From assembly GCA_963828165.1 (NCBI GenBank), contig CAWHDR010000001.1, positions 1,504,001 to 1,568,000 on the forward strand: a stretch of 64,000 nucleotides of DNA, in the 5' to 3' direction. The notes beneath the pieces were generated by a model that had not been told where the DNA came from, made no database searches, and saw only the letters and a list, made by a program, of their open reading frames with translations. Below are positions 10,037-20,196 of the stretch, in pieces. The first letter of the stretch is position 1. Each line of letters begins with the position of its first letter. A program made the position numbers and the translations under genes. The stretch is from an uncultured Chloroflexia bacterium. GTDB taxonomy: Bacteria > Chloroflexota > Limnocylindria > Limnocylindrales > CSP1-4.

Positions 10037-10427
10037 GTGCGTGAGTATGCCGCGCCTCCCAGGACCCGGGAGAGTACGGATGACGGTGCCCCCATGCACC
10101 GTTTCTCGCGTTTGTGCGGTCTTGTAGTCCAAATGGGGGATGACTTTCGACAGCAGACCAGTACTGTTGCCCACTCAAACGCCCTCGGGGGAGGGCAGGA
10201 ACTGAACAGTCGACCCGTCCCCGTTTCTGGGGAAGCGACCCTCGGGCCGAGCGCGCACACAAGCACTCATCTTTCGTTTCGATCTTTTCGGCAGCAGCGC
10301 GATCGACCAGAGCCACCCACCCGCACCACGATCTTGCACTCGGGATCGTGGGCCGCGGGGCTTTCGCTTCCCCCTTGAACTCGACGGGTATCCGTCACCA
10401 ACGCGTCAAGGGTTCAGGGAGGCCTCA

Positions 10428-12422
10428 ATGTCCGGTTCAACCGGCTCACGTTCCGTCGCTCGATTTCTCGTTGCCATCCAGGTCTTCCTGCTCGTGGCTT
10501 CTTTCTTCGCGCCCGTCGCGAGCCTGGCGGCCGAGCCGTCCGACGATCCGGGCGCCACCCCGAGCGCGGAACCGTCCGCCGAGCCCACGCCGGAACCGAC
10601 ACCGGAGCCCACGGCTGAGCCGACTCCCGAGCCGACTGCGGAGCCGACGCCTGAGCCTACCGCCGAGCCCACGCCGGAGCCGACCGCCGAGCCGACCGCT
10701 GAGCCCGACGGCCGACCCGACGGCTGAGCCGACCGCCGACCCGACGCCCGAGCCGACGGCTGCGCCTACGCGGGCCCGCGCCGACCTACGCGCCGAGCGG
10801 CCCGCCCTCCATCGAAAGCGACCTGGACGACTATCCACCCGGTGGCTTCGTCACGCTGACCGGCTGCGAACTGGCATGCCGGCGAGAGCGTCCACATCTT
10901 CGTGAATGACCACGTGGGGACGAGCTGGAGCCGGACGGTCGACGTGATCGCCGACGGCGACGGCAACATCCGCGACGCGTTCAACCTGCCGAACTGGTTC
11001 GTGGCCGACATATTCGTGTCGTCGCGACCGGCGCACAGTCTGGTATCGCCACGACGACGTTCACGGACGGCAATCGGTTCAGAGTTAGGACTGACGTGCC
11101 GGCGCGAACACGTCCACCATCACTTGGTTCGCTACAGCGCCGCGAACTGCACGGGCACCATCATGACTCGGGCTTCAGCAGGCCATGACGGGCGGCTCCG
11201 GCGCGAGCCATGGGTGTAACCGGCGCGTTCAGCCCCGCCAATCGATGCAATTTCAGCGGCATCGTCGATCAGCGGCTTTGCATTTGGCACGGTTGGACAA
11301 ATGGCTCGTTCGTCGATGCTCGGCCCTCAACGCCCGCCTGCCAGGCAACCTTCGAACGGCAAACGCTGAACACTCGGCAACTTCGTCGCGAACACTGCCC
11401 CGATGGCCGCGAGCCAGACTGTTGCCACGAACGAGGACACCGCCAAGCTCATCACGCTTTCGGGGAGTGACACCAACGGCCAGAATTTGACGTTTGCAAT
11501 CGTCGGTTCCCCGGCAAACGGCGGGCTCGGGAGCCTGGGCGCCCCGAGTTGCTCGGTCACAGCGGGCACTTCAACGTGCACGGCCACCGTCACCTACACA
11601 CCGAACCTGAACTTCAACGGCACCCGACAGCTTCACGTTTCGCGTGAACGACGGGACCGCGAACTCTGCGAACTGGCCACGGTCACGATCACCGTCACCC
11701 CGGTCGACGACAACCCGGTCGCGGTGGATGACGCCGGCGACGGTCGGCGAAGACTCGGGTGCCAACGCGATCAGCGTGCTCACCAACGACACCGACATCG
11801 ATGGCGGCCCCAAGTCGGTCGCCTCGGTCACCCAGCCTGCCCGGACCGTCGCCTCGCCGGCGGCGGCACCGGCGTCAGTACACCCCGAACTCAACGACTG
11901 CCGCAGCCCGGCGCACCGACAACTTCACGTACACCCCGGCGGCCGACCGCCACGGTCACGCCCTCGCCTCGTTGACCTTCCAGGTGCGCGACAACGGCGG
12001 GGTCACCGACGGTGGGCGTCAACCTCGACCAGAGCGCCACCACCGACACGATCGACGTGGCCCCAGTCGGTCGCCGCGCCCGCCGGGCCAACGGCACGGT
12101 CGCCATCACCGGCGACGGCACGCCAGTACACCCCGAGCTCCAACTTCGGCTTCACTGATCCCAACGACACCCCAGCTAATGCGTTCGACGAGCGTGGCCA
12201 TCACGACCCTGCCCGCCGACGACTCGCTCACGTCTGAGCGCCATGGCAACGTGATCCGCCGGTCAAGAGACCCCGGTCGGCAGCCTGGGTCAACCGCGGT
12301 TCACCCCGGCGGCCAACGGCCGGCGGCATCAGCCCTGCGGCACTCGTCTACACCCAGGTGCCGACTTCTTCGGCGTCACCAACGGTGGGGTCAACTCGAC
12401 GGGAGCCGACCGGCACCGTCAC
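10428..12422 (+). pseudogene. frameshifted 5' portion of the giant adhesin (signal peptide, EPT repeats, Ig-like and cadherin-like domains); real decay or consensus errors
   Basis: Signal peptide MSGSTGSRSVARFLVAIQVFLLVASFFAPVASLA. Coherent fragments jump between frames (ESDLDDYPPGGFVTLTG / GESVHIFVND...FNLPNWFVA / QTVATNEDTAKLITLSGSD / TVGEDSGANAISVLTNDTDIDG). Confidence 0.7.
10560..10765 (+). repeat. 12-bp coding tandem repeat (EPTP/EPTA Pro-Thr linker)
   Basis: GAGCC(C/G)AC-type units encoding SAEPTPEPTPEPTAEPT... Confidence 0.8.
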
Positions 12423-13328
12423 GTGACCGTCACCAACGTCAACGACGATCCGGTCGCCAACGACGACTCGGCCACCGTGGCCGAGGACTCCATCGGCAAC
12501 GCGATCAACGTCCTGGGCAATGACAACGACGGCCCCGACGTCGGCGAGACGCTGCTGGTCACCGCGGTCAGCAACCCGCCCAACGGCTCGGCCGCCATCA
12601 CCGGCGGCGGCACCGGCGTCAGCTACACCCCGGATGCTGACTTCTTCGGGACCGACACCTTCACCTACACGATCAGCGACGGCAACGGCGGGACCGACAC
12701 GGCCACCGTCACCGTGACCGTCACCAACGTCAACGACGATCCGGTCGCCAACGACGACTCGGCCACCGTGGCCGAGGACTCCATCGGCAACGCGATCAAC
12801 GTCCTGGGCAATGACAACGACGGCCCCGACGTCGGCGAGACGCTGCTGGTCACCGCGGTCAGCAACCCGCCCAACGGCTCGGCCGCCATCACCGGCGGCG
12901 GCACCGGCGTCAGCTACACCCCGGATGCTGACTTCTTCGGGACCGACACCTTCACCTACACGATCAGCGACGGCAACGGCGGGACCGACACGGCCACCGT
13001 CACCGTGACCGTCACCAACGTCAACGACGATCCGGTCGCCAACGACGACTCGGCCACCGTGGCCGAGGACTCCATCGGCAACGCGATCAACGTCCTGGGC
13101 AATGACAACGACGGCCCCGACGTCGGCGAGACGCTGCTGGTCACCGCGGTCAGCAACCCGCCCAACGGCTCGGCCGCCATCACCGGCGGCGGCACCGGCG
13201 TCAGCTACACCCCGGATGCTGACTTCTTCGGGACCGACACCTTCACCTACACGATCAGCGACGGCAACGGCGGGACCGACACGGCCACCGTCACCGTGAC
13301 CGTCACCAACGTCAACGACGATCCGGTC
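12423..13328 (+). repeat. three identical 291-bp (97-aa) coding repeats
   Basis: Units start at 12423, 12714 and 13005, with a partial unit at 13296. Off-frame ORFs recur at 291-bp spacing (12520, 12811, 13102). Confidence 0.95.
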
Positions 13329-16300
13329 CTCGCCGCGATCGCCGATGACACCATCCCTGAGATGGCGGCCTTCGGCTTCACGGCCTCAGCGTCGGACATC
13401 GACGGTGATGACTTGACCTTCAGCCTCGACGGCGCCCCGGCCGGCGCCAGCATCGACCCGCTCACGGGCGAGTTCAGCTGGACCCCGAGCGAGGCCCAGG
13501 GCCCCGGCGTCTACACCTTCGACGTGGTCGTCACCGATGACGGCACGCCGGCCCTCGACGACACCGAGGAGGTCACCCTGACCGTCCTCGAGGTCAACCG
13601 CGCACCGACCGTCGCCCCGATCGCCGACGACACCATCCCGGAGATGGTGGCCTACACCTTCACCGCCTCGGCGACCGATCCGGACCTGCCCGCCAACGGG
13701 CTGACCTTCAGCCTCGACGGCGCCCCGGCCGGCGCCAGCATCGACCCGCTCACGGGCGAGTTCAGCTGGACCCCGAGCGAGGCCCAGGGCCCCGGCGTCT
13801 ACACCTTCGACGTGGTCGTCACCGATGACGGCACGCCGGCCCTCGACGACACCGAGGAGGTCACCCTGACCGTCCTCGAGGTCAACCGCGCACCGACCGT
13901 CGCCCCGATCGCCGACGACACCATCCCGGAGATGGTGGCCTACACCTTCACCGCCTCGGCGACCGATCCGGACCTGCCCGCCAACGGGCTGACCTTCAGC
14001 CTCGACGGCGCCCCGGCCGGCGCCAGCATCGACCCGCTCACGGGCGAGTTCAGCTGGACCCCGAGCGAGGCCCAGGGCCCCGGCGTCTACACCTTCGACG
14101 TGGTCGTCACCGATGACGGCACGCCGGCCCTCGACGACACCGAGGAGGTCACCCTGACCGTCCTCGAGGTCAACCGCGCACCGACCGTCGCCCCGATCGC
14201 CGACGACACCATCCCGGAGATGGTGGCCTACACCTTCACCGCCTCGGCGACCGATCCGGACCTGCCCGCCAACGGGCTGACCTTCAGCCTCGACGGCGCC
14301 CCGGCCGGCGCCAGCATCGACCCGCTCACGGGCGAGTTCAGCTGGACCCCGAGCGAGGCCCAGGGCCCCGGCGTCTACACCTTCGACGTGGTCGTCACCG
14401 ATGACGGCACGCCGGCCCTCGACGACACCGAGGAGGTCACCCTGACCGTCCTCGAGGTCAACCGCGCACCGACCGTCGCCCCGATCGCCGACGACACCAT
14501 CCCGGAGATGGTGGCCTACACCTTCACCGCCTCGGCGACCGATCCGGACCTGCCCGCCAACGGGCTGACCTTCAGCCTCGACGGCGCCCCGGCCGGCGCC
14601 AGCATCGACCCGCTCACGGGCGAGTTCAGCTGGACCCCGAGCGAGGCCCAGGGCCCCGGCGTCTACACCTTCGACGTGGTCGTCACCGATGACGGCACGC
14701 CGGCCCTCGACGACACCGAGGAGGTCACCCTGACCGTCCTCGAGGTCAACCGCGCACCGACCGTCGCCCCGATCGCCGACGACACCATCCCGGAGATGGT
14801 GGCCTACACCTTCACCGCCTCGGCGACCGATCCGGACCTGCCCGCCAACGGGCTGACCTTCAGCCTCGACGGCGCCCCGGCCGGCGCCAGCATCGACCCG
14901 CTCACGGGCGAGTTCAGCTGGACCCCGAGCGAGGCCCAGGGCCCCGGCGTCTACACCTTCGACGTGGTCGTCACCGATGACGGCACGCCGGCCCTCGACG
15001 ACACCGAGGAGGTCACCCTGACCGTCCTCGAGGTCAACCGCGCACCGACCGTCGCCCCGATCGCCGACGACACCATCCCGGAGATGGTGGCCTACACCTT
15101 CACCGCCTCGGCGACCGATCCGGACCTGCCCGCCAACGGGCTGACCTTCAGCCTCGACGGCGCCCCGGCCGGCGCCAGCATCGACCCGCTCACGGGCGAG
15201 TTCAGCTGGACCCCGAGCGAGGCCCAGGGCCCCGGCGTCTACACCTTCGACGTGGTCGTCACCGATGACGGCACGCCGGTCCTCGACGACACCGAGGAGG
15301 TCACCCTGACCGTCCTCGAGGTCAACCGCGCACCGACCGTCGCCCCGATCGCCGACGACACCATCCCGGAGATGGTGGCCTACACCTTCACCGCCTCGGC
15401 GACCGATCCGGACCTGCCCGCCAACGGGCTGACCTTCAGCCTCGACGGCGCCCCGGCCGGCGCCAGCATCGACCCGCTCACGGGCGAGTTCAGCTGGACC
15501 CCGAGCGAGGCCCAGGGCCCCGGCGTCTACACCTTCGACGTGGTCGTCACCGATGACGGCACGCCGGTCCTCGACGACACCGAGGAGGTCACCCTGACCG
15601 TCCTCGAGGTCAACCGCGCACCGACCGTCGCCCCGATCGCCGACGACACCATCCCGGAGATGGTGGCCTACACCTTCACCGCCTCGGCGACCGATCCGGA
15701 CCTGCCCGCCAACGGGCTGACCTTCAGCCTCGACGGCGCCCCGGCCGGCGCCAGCATCGACCCGCTCACGGGCGAGTTCAGCTGGACCCCGAGCGAGGCC
15801 CAGGGCCCCGGCGTCTACACCTTCGACGTGGTCGTCACCGATGACGGCACGCCGGCCCTCGACGACACCGAGGAGGTCACCCTGACCGTCCTCGAGGTCA
15901 ACCGCGCACCGGTGCTCGGCGCTATTGGCAACAAGTCGCTCAACGAAGGCGGCACGCTGACCTTCACCGCTACGGCGACCGATCCAGACATTCCTGTCAA
16001 TGGTCTGACGTTCAGCCTGACCAATGGCACGACAGGCTGCGGCGTGGGAGTCACCTGCGCGGTCCCTGCCGGCGCCAGCATCAACCCGACCACAGGTGCG
16101 TTCACCTGGACGACACCGGACAGCGGGACCTTCCGCTTCAAGGTCGTCGTTACCGACGATGGCTCGCCAGTGCTCTCCGATAACGAGGAGATCACAGTCA
16201 CCGTCAACAACGTCAACCCGACCGCGGACCTCGCCAACAACGGCCCGATCAACGAGGGCGGCACGGCCACGATCTCCTTCAGCAACCAAGCTGATCCTTC

Positions 16301-17186
16301 GACCGCCGACACAGCCGCGGGCTTCCACTACGCCTATTCGTGCAGCAATGCGAGCCTGGCCACCGCCACATATGCGCTGAGCGGCACGAGTGCATCAACC
16401 ACCTGTTCGTATCCCGATGGTCCCTCGACCCACACGGTCCGGGCCCGGATCATCGACAAGGACGGCGGCTACAGCGAGTACACAACAGTCGTCACGGTCA
16501 ACAACGTCAAGCCGGTCGTCACCTTCGCCGCGATCGCCGTCGATCCGGTGACAGGCGTGATCTCGTCCACGATGACCTACGCAGACGTGGGCGTGAATGA
16601 CACGCAGACGGCCACCTTCGAGTACCGCCTGAACGGGGTCCTGGTAGCCACGCACACGTCCGCTTCTACGCTGCCGTCGAGTGGCACCGCCCTGGACAGC
16701 TACACGGCTGCCCCCGGCTGCTACACGGTCGAAGTCACGATGTGGGTCACCGACAAGGACGGCGCCAGCTCCGACCACGCGGTCCGGAACGGCTTCACGC
16801 CGCTCGTCGACATCTACACGCCGAGCTTCAAGGCCCCGATCAAGAACAACGAACGGAATATCGCGAAGTACGGGAACGTCGTTCCGATCAAGGTCGAGCT
16901 CGCGAGCAACTGCTCGCCGGGCACGACCGTGACCAGCCCCGTCCTCCACATCACGATCGCACTAGGTAACGTCGCCGACGTTGTTCCGGACGCGACCCCC
17001 GTGATCGTGGCCGAGAGCGTCAGCAACGCCGATACCGGCACGCAGATGCGCGTGAACGGCGGGGGCTACATCTACAACTTCACCACCAAGAACCTGACCC
17101 AGGGCCAGGACTACACGATCCGCATCCGCGTCGGCAGTACGACCGGACCGATCATCCTGCGGGCCTTGTTCCAGCCCAAGAAGTGA
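12423..17186 (+). CDS. giant secreted/surface adhesin: tandem cadherin-like (Big_9-type) and Ig-like (He_PIG-type) repeats, PKD-like domain, C-terminal PxKF-like domain
   Basis: 1587-aa ORF with VNDDPVANDDSATVAED...YTPDADFFGTDTFTYTISDG repeats and GASIDPLTGEFSWTP repeats. C-terminal FKAPIKN...GNVVPIKVEL. True start is probably 10428. Confidence 0.85.
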   Translation: MTVTNVNDDPVANDDSATVAEDSIGNAINVLGNDNDGPDVGETLLVTAVSNPPNGSAAITGGGTGVSYTPDADFFGTDTFTYTISDGNGGTDTATVTVTVTNVNDDPVANDDSATVAEDSIGNAINVLGNDNDGPDVGETLLVTAVSNPPNGSAAITGGGTGVSYTPDADFFGTDTFTYTISDGNGGTDTATVTVTVTNVNDDPVANDDSATVAEDSIGNAINVLGNDNDGPDVGETLLVTAVSNPPNGSAAITGGGTGVSYTPDADFFGTDTFTYTISDGNGGTDTATVTVTVTNVNDDPVLAAIADDTIPEMAAFGFTASASDIDGDDLTFSLDGAPAGASIDPLTGEFSWTPSEAQGPGVYTFDVVVTDDGTPALDDTEEVTLTVLEVNRAPTVAPIADDTIPEMVAYTFTASATDPDLPANGLTFSLDGAPAGASIDPLTGEFSWTPSEAQGPGVYTFDVVVTDDGTPALDDTEEVTLTVLEVNRAPTVAPIADDTIPEMVAYTFTASATDPDLPANGLTFSLDGAPAGASIDPLTGEFSWTPSEAQGPGVYTFDVVVTDDGTPALDDTEEVTLTVLEVNRAPTVAPIADDTIPEMVAYTFTASATDPDLPANGLTFSLDGAPAGASIDPLTGEFSWTPSEAQGPGVYTFDVVVTDDGTPALDDTEEVTLTVLEVNRAPTVAPIADDTIPEMVAYTFTASATDPDLPANGLTFSLDGAPAGASIDPLTGEFSWTPSEAQGPGVYTFDVVVTDDGTPALDDTEEVTLTVLEVNRAPTVAPIADDTIPEMVAYTFTASATDPDLPANGLTFSLDGAPAGASIDPLTGEFSWTPSEAQGPGVYTFDVVVTDDGTPALDDTEEVTLTVLEVNRAPTVAPIADDTIPEMVAYTFTASATDPDLPANGLTFSLDGAPAGASIDPLTGEFSWTPSEAQGPGVYTFDVVVTDDGTPVLDDTEEVTLTVLEVNRAPTVAPIADDTIPEMVAYTFTASATDPDLPANGLTFSLDGAPAGASIDPLTGEFSWTPSEAQGPGVYTFDVVVTDDGTPVLDDTEEVTLTVLEVNRAPTVAPIADDTIPEMVAYTFTASATDPDLPANGLTFSLDGAPAGASIDPLTGEFSWTPSEAQGPGVYTFDVVVTDDGTPALDDTEEVTLTVLEVNRAPVLGAIGNKSLNEGGTLTFTATATDPDIPVNGLTFSLTNGTTGCGVGVTCAVPAGASINPTTGAFTWTTPDSGTFRFKVVVTDDGSPVLSDNEEITVTVNNVNPTADLANNGPINEGGTATISFSNQADPSTADTAAGFHYAYSCSNASLATATYALSGTSASTTCSYPDGPSTHTVRARIIDKDGGYSEYTTVVTVNNVKPVVTFAAIAVDPVTGVISSTMTYADVGVNDTQTATFEYRLNGVLVATHTSASTLPSSGTALDSYTAAPGCYTVEVTMWVTDKDGASSDHAVRNGFTPLVDIYTPSFKAPIKNNERNIAKYGNVVPIKVELASNCSPGTTVTSPVLHITIALGNVADVVPDATPVIVAESVSNADTGTQMRVNGGGYIYNFTTKNLTQGQDYTIRIRVGSTTGPIILRALFQPKK
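13414..15911 (+). repeat. about nine near-identical 288-bp (96-aa) coding repeats
   Basis: LTFSLDGAPAGASIDP units at 13413, 13701, ... 15717. The only variant I saw is C>T (Ala>Val) at 15280 and 15568. Confidence 0.95.
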
Positions 17187-17233
17187 CCAACTCAGCCCAC
17201 TAGTACAGCGCTCGTCCTACTCCGAGCGCGCGC

Positions 17234-17269
17234 AGAGGCCGGTCCCCACTGACCCGGGGGCCGGCCTCT
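17234..17269 (+). terminator. hairpin downstream of adhesin, probable terminator
   Basis: AGAGGCCGGTCCCC...GGGGGCCGGCCTCT, a 14-bp stem with one G-U pair. Confidence 0.65.
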
Positions 17270-17311
17270 CATCATGTCCAGTGCCTTGCGTTCAGGTCTT
17301 AAGGTGCGTCC

Positions 17312-17629
17312 ATGGTTAGGGATTCGCGTCGCCTAACGCACCGCGCACGTCTGACGGGTCGGGGGCAGATCACCGTGCCGAAGGCCATTCGGGACGCTCT
17401 CGGTGCTCGGCCCGGTGACGACATCGAGTTCGTTTCACGGGACGGCGAGTTGCTCGTCGAGTTGCGACCGAAGCGGAGCGTGCTCGACTTCGCGGGTATC
17501 GCCGCGGACGCGGCCGCAGCCATACCGCCCACCGCGAAGGCGATCGATGAACTGATCGAGCGCGGGATGACCCGAACTGCGATCGCCCGGCCGACGGGCA
17601 GTCCCTCGAGGTCACGGAGGTCGCGGTAG
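17312..17629 (+). CDS. AbrB/MazE/SpoVT-family DNA-binding protein (orphan antitoxin-like)
   Basis: ARLTGRGQITVPKAIRDALGARPGDDIEF. TAAGGT-N6-ATG leaderless-type start. Confidence 0.85.
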   Translation: MVRDSRRLTHRARLTGRGQITVPKAIRDALGARPGDDIEFVSRDGELLVELRPKRSVLDFAGIAADAAAAIPPTAKAIDELIERGMTRTAIARPTGSPSRSRRSR

Positions 17630-17660
17630 ACCCGGCCGGCCCCTCACCTTGTCCGCCCGT

Positions 17661-18527
17661 CTACGGCGCCTTCGGGTCCACATAGCGGCAGCGATCCCGA
17701 AGCGGGCATTGGTCGTGCTCGGGGCGCTGGGCGTGGCAGACCTTGCGGCCGTGCTGGATCAGGTTGACGTGGGCCTCGTACATCTGGTCGGGCTCGAACA
17801 GCCCGAGGACCAGGTCGTGGGCCTCATCAAGCGAGGGCTTCGGTGGCAGCACGCCGACCCGGCGCATCACGCGGTCGACGTGGCGGTCGATCGGCAGCAG
17901 CGGCTGGCCGAAGCAGAACAGCAGCAGCACGGAGGCGGTCTTCTTGCCGATGCCATCGATCTCGTCCAGCCAGTCGCGCGCCTCGATCGCGGGCATGTCA
18001 CCGAGGAACTCGAGCGAATAGTCGCCGCGCTCCTCGCGGATCTTGCGAAGGGTCGTCTGGAGGCGGGGCGCCTTCTGGTTGGGCAGGCCGCCCGGGCGGA
18101 TGACGTCGGTCAGCTCGGGGATCGGCGCGAACTCGACGCGCGCCCAGTCCGGCGCCGCGCCGTCCGACAGCCCGAAACCGCCCCAGCCGGCGCCCGGCTT
18201 GTGCGCCTCGACCGGGCCGCCGCCCGGGTACGCGCGGCGGAGCGCCTCGAAGGCAGCCTCGGCATTGGTGTCGGCGGTGCTCTGGGTGAGGATCGTCAGG
18301 ATCAGCTCGCTCGTCGGGTCCAGGCGGCGCTCCCAGGTCGGGCGGCCGTACTTGGAGGCGAGGCCGTCGAGCACGAACGGCACGAGCCCAGGCCGGTAGC
18401 GCTCGAGCCGCTTCGCGAAGCTCCGCCCCGGGTCGCTGAACTTGCGCTTCTTCGGCCGCGGGCGGCGCTTGGGCTTCGGCGCGTGCCCCGGCGTGGGCGG
18501 CTGGACCAGCGGATCTTCGGCCGTCAT
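17661..18527 (-). CDS. nth: endonuclease III-like HhH-GPD DNA glycosylase
   Basis: LILTILTQST, HhH GIGKKTA, PIDRHV, and Fe-S loop CHAQRPEHDQCPLRDRC. Confidence 0.8.
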   Translation of the reverse strand: MTAEDPLVQPPTPGHAPKPKRRPRPKKRKFSDPGRSFAKRLERYRPGLVPFVLDGLASKYGRPTWERRLDPTSELILTILTQSTADTNAEAAFEALRRAYPGGGPVEAHKPGAGWGGFGLSDGAAPDWARVEFAPIPELTDVIRPGGLPNQKAPRLQTTLRKIREERGDYSLEFLGDMPAIEARDWLDEIDGIGKKTASVLLLFCFGQPLLPIDRHVDRVMRRVGVLPPKPSLDEAHDLVLGLFEPDQMYEAHVNLIQHGRKVCHAQRPEHDQCPLRDRCRYVDPKAP

Positions 18528-19660
18528 GCGATCGCCGCTCCGAGACCGATGAGCGTGGCGATGCGCTCGCCACAGCGTTCCAGGGGTGCCGTGCCTGCGG
18601 CCATCGCCTCCTCCACCGATTGCGGGAGTTCGGTCACCGGGACCGCGACCGCACCAACCTCCGCGAGGGCCGCGATGCCGTCGGGCTCGACGCCGCCACC
18701 GACTGCGATGCAGGGTACGCCCGCTGCCCCCGCGCGGCGCGCGACACCGAGCGCGGTCTTGCCGAAGGCCGTCTGGGCATCGATCCGCCCCTCACCGGTG
18801 ATGACGAGGTCGGCCCGCGCGAGCCGCGCGTCGAAGTCGGTGGCGTCCATGACGAGGTCCACGCCGGGGCGGAGCCCGAATGATCGAAACCGGTCCTGGA
18901 TCGACAGCAGCGCGTAGCCGACGCCGCCGGCCGCGCCGGCGCCCGGCGTCGCTCGCTCGGGCCGGCCGGCCTCGACGTCCATCGTGTCCGCGAATCGGTC
19001 GAGTCGGCGGTCGAGATCCTGGACGTCATCGCGCGTCGCGCCTTTCTGCGGGCCGTAGACGGCCGCGGCACCGGTCGGCCCGGACAACGGATTCGAGACG
19101 TCGCAGGCCACCTGCAGCTCTACGGTCGCGAGCCTCGGATCGAGGTCGGCGAGATCCACCGTGGCGGTGTCCCGGTCGGCATGGGCCCCGAGGCCGGTCA
19201 GCAAGCCGGCGCCGCCATCCGTCGTGGCGCTGCCGCCGATCCCCAGGACGATGCTACGGACACGGGCATTCAGCGCGGCCCGGATGAGGTCGCCGGTGCC
19301 GATGGAGGTCGCCCGGATCGGGTCGCGTTCGTCCGCGGTCAGCAGGGAGAGGCCCGAGGCCGCGGCCATCTCGACCGCCGCGCGCTGGCCATCGTCCGAG
19401 ATCAGCCATCGCGCCGTGATCTGGCGTCCGAGGGGATCGCGGACGGTCGAGGTCCGACGCTGCCACCCCCCGGCTGCCTCGATCGCGGCGAGCGTACCTT
19501 CGCCGCCATCGGCCAGCGGGCAGAGCAGGATCTCGTCGTCCGGGCGGGCGCGGCGCCAGCCGTCGGCCAGTGCCTGCGCGACCTGGACCGAAGTCAACGA
19601 CCCCTTGAACGAGTCCGGCGCGATCAGGACGGTGCGCCCTGCCGCCGGTCCGGCGCTCAC
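18524..19660 (-). CDS. glycerate kinase (GlxK/GarK family)
   Basis: VLIAPDSFKGSL, PLADGGEGT, GIGGSATTDGG, GAGAAGG, VITGEGRIDAQTAFGK. GTG 19660 gives a GTGA overlap. Confidence 0.92.
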   Translation of the reverse strand: MSAGPAAGRTVLIAPDSFKGSLTSVQVAQALADGWRRARPDDEILLCPLADGGEGTLAAIEAAGGWQRRTSTVRDPLGRQITARWLISDDGQRAAVEMAAASGLSLLTADERDPIRATSIGTGDLIRAALNARVRSIVLGIGGSATTDGGAGLLTGLGAHADRDTATVDLADLDPRLATVELQVACDVSNPLSGPTGAAAVYGPQKGATRDDVQDLDRRLDRFADTMDVEAGRPERATPGAGAAGGVGYALLSIQDRFRSFGLRPGVDLVMDATDFDARLARADLVITGEGRIDAQTAFGKTALGVARRAGAAGVPCIAVGGGVEPDGIAALAEVGAVAVPVTELPQSVEEAMAAGTAPLERCGERIATLIGLGAAIA

Positions 19661-20196
19661 CGCAGGTCCTTCCAGAAGAAGGTAGTCGGTGTCGGCGTCC
19701 CGTCGGTCGCCAGGGCGTGGTTCGGCATCACGCCGAGCTCGACCCAGCCCTGGGATCGATAGAAGGCATCGGCTGCGCTCCCGGTCACGGTGTCGAGCAT
19801 GAGCATCCAGCGGCCGTCGGCGCGTGCCCGCTCCTCGGCCGCGGCCATCAACGCCGTGGCGATGCCGCGCCGCCGGGCCGAGCTGTGCACCAGGACCTTG
19901 CCGATCTCGGCGCGATGGGGCGAGTTGGGGTTGCGCGAGCGGATGAGCAGCGTGGAGCCCACCACGCGATCGTCGTCGAGCGCCACGAACGCCGAGATCA
20001 CGCCGTCGCGCACGTGGCCGATGCGTTCGGTCCACCAGGGTGCCGTCTCCTCCACCGTCACGCCGGCGAGGAAGTTGACCCCCGCGCCGCTGTCGACCGC
20101 GTCGACGAGCAGGGCCGCGAGATCCGGGATGGCCGCCCCGTACCCGGCCGCGTCGAGCTCGCGGATCGTGACGGGCGGTGAGGCGCGCTCGGTCAC
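19657..20196 (-). CDS. GNAT acetyltransferase
   Basis: HRAEIGKVLVHSSARRRGIATALM (acetyl-CoA motif A), LDTVTGSAADAFYRSQGW. Confidence 0.9.
   Translation of the reverse strand: MTERASPPVTIRELDAAGYGAAIPDLAALLVDAVDSGAGVNFLAGVTVEETAPWWTERIGHVRDGVISAFVALDDDRVVGSTLLIRSRNPNSPHRAEIGKVLVHSSARRRGIATALMAAAEERARADGRWMLMLDTVTGSAADAFYRSQGWVELGVMPNHALATDGTPTPTTFFWKDLR

Noticed and set aside
10700-12422. Diversity-generating retroelement variable region
   Set aside because: Changes are indels rather than adenine-specific substitutions, and there is no reverse transcriptase or template repeat in the window.
12423-15911. Long direct repeats as a CRISPR array or mobile element
   Set aside because: Units are 288/291-bp in-frame protein domains with no spacers, cas genes or terminal repeats.
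13386-16328. 980-aa antisense ORF over the adhesin repeats
   Set aside because: Mirror of a GC-rich repetitive sense gene. It has no protein-like features, and stop-poor antisense frames are expected here.
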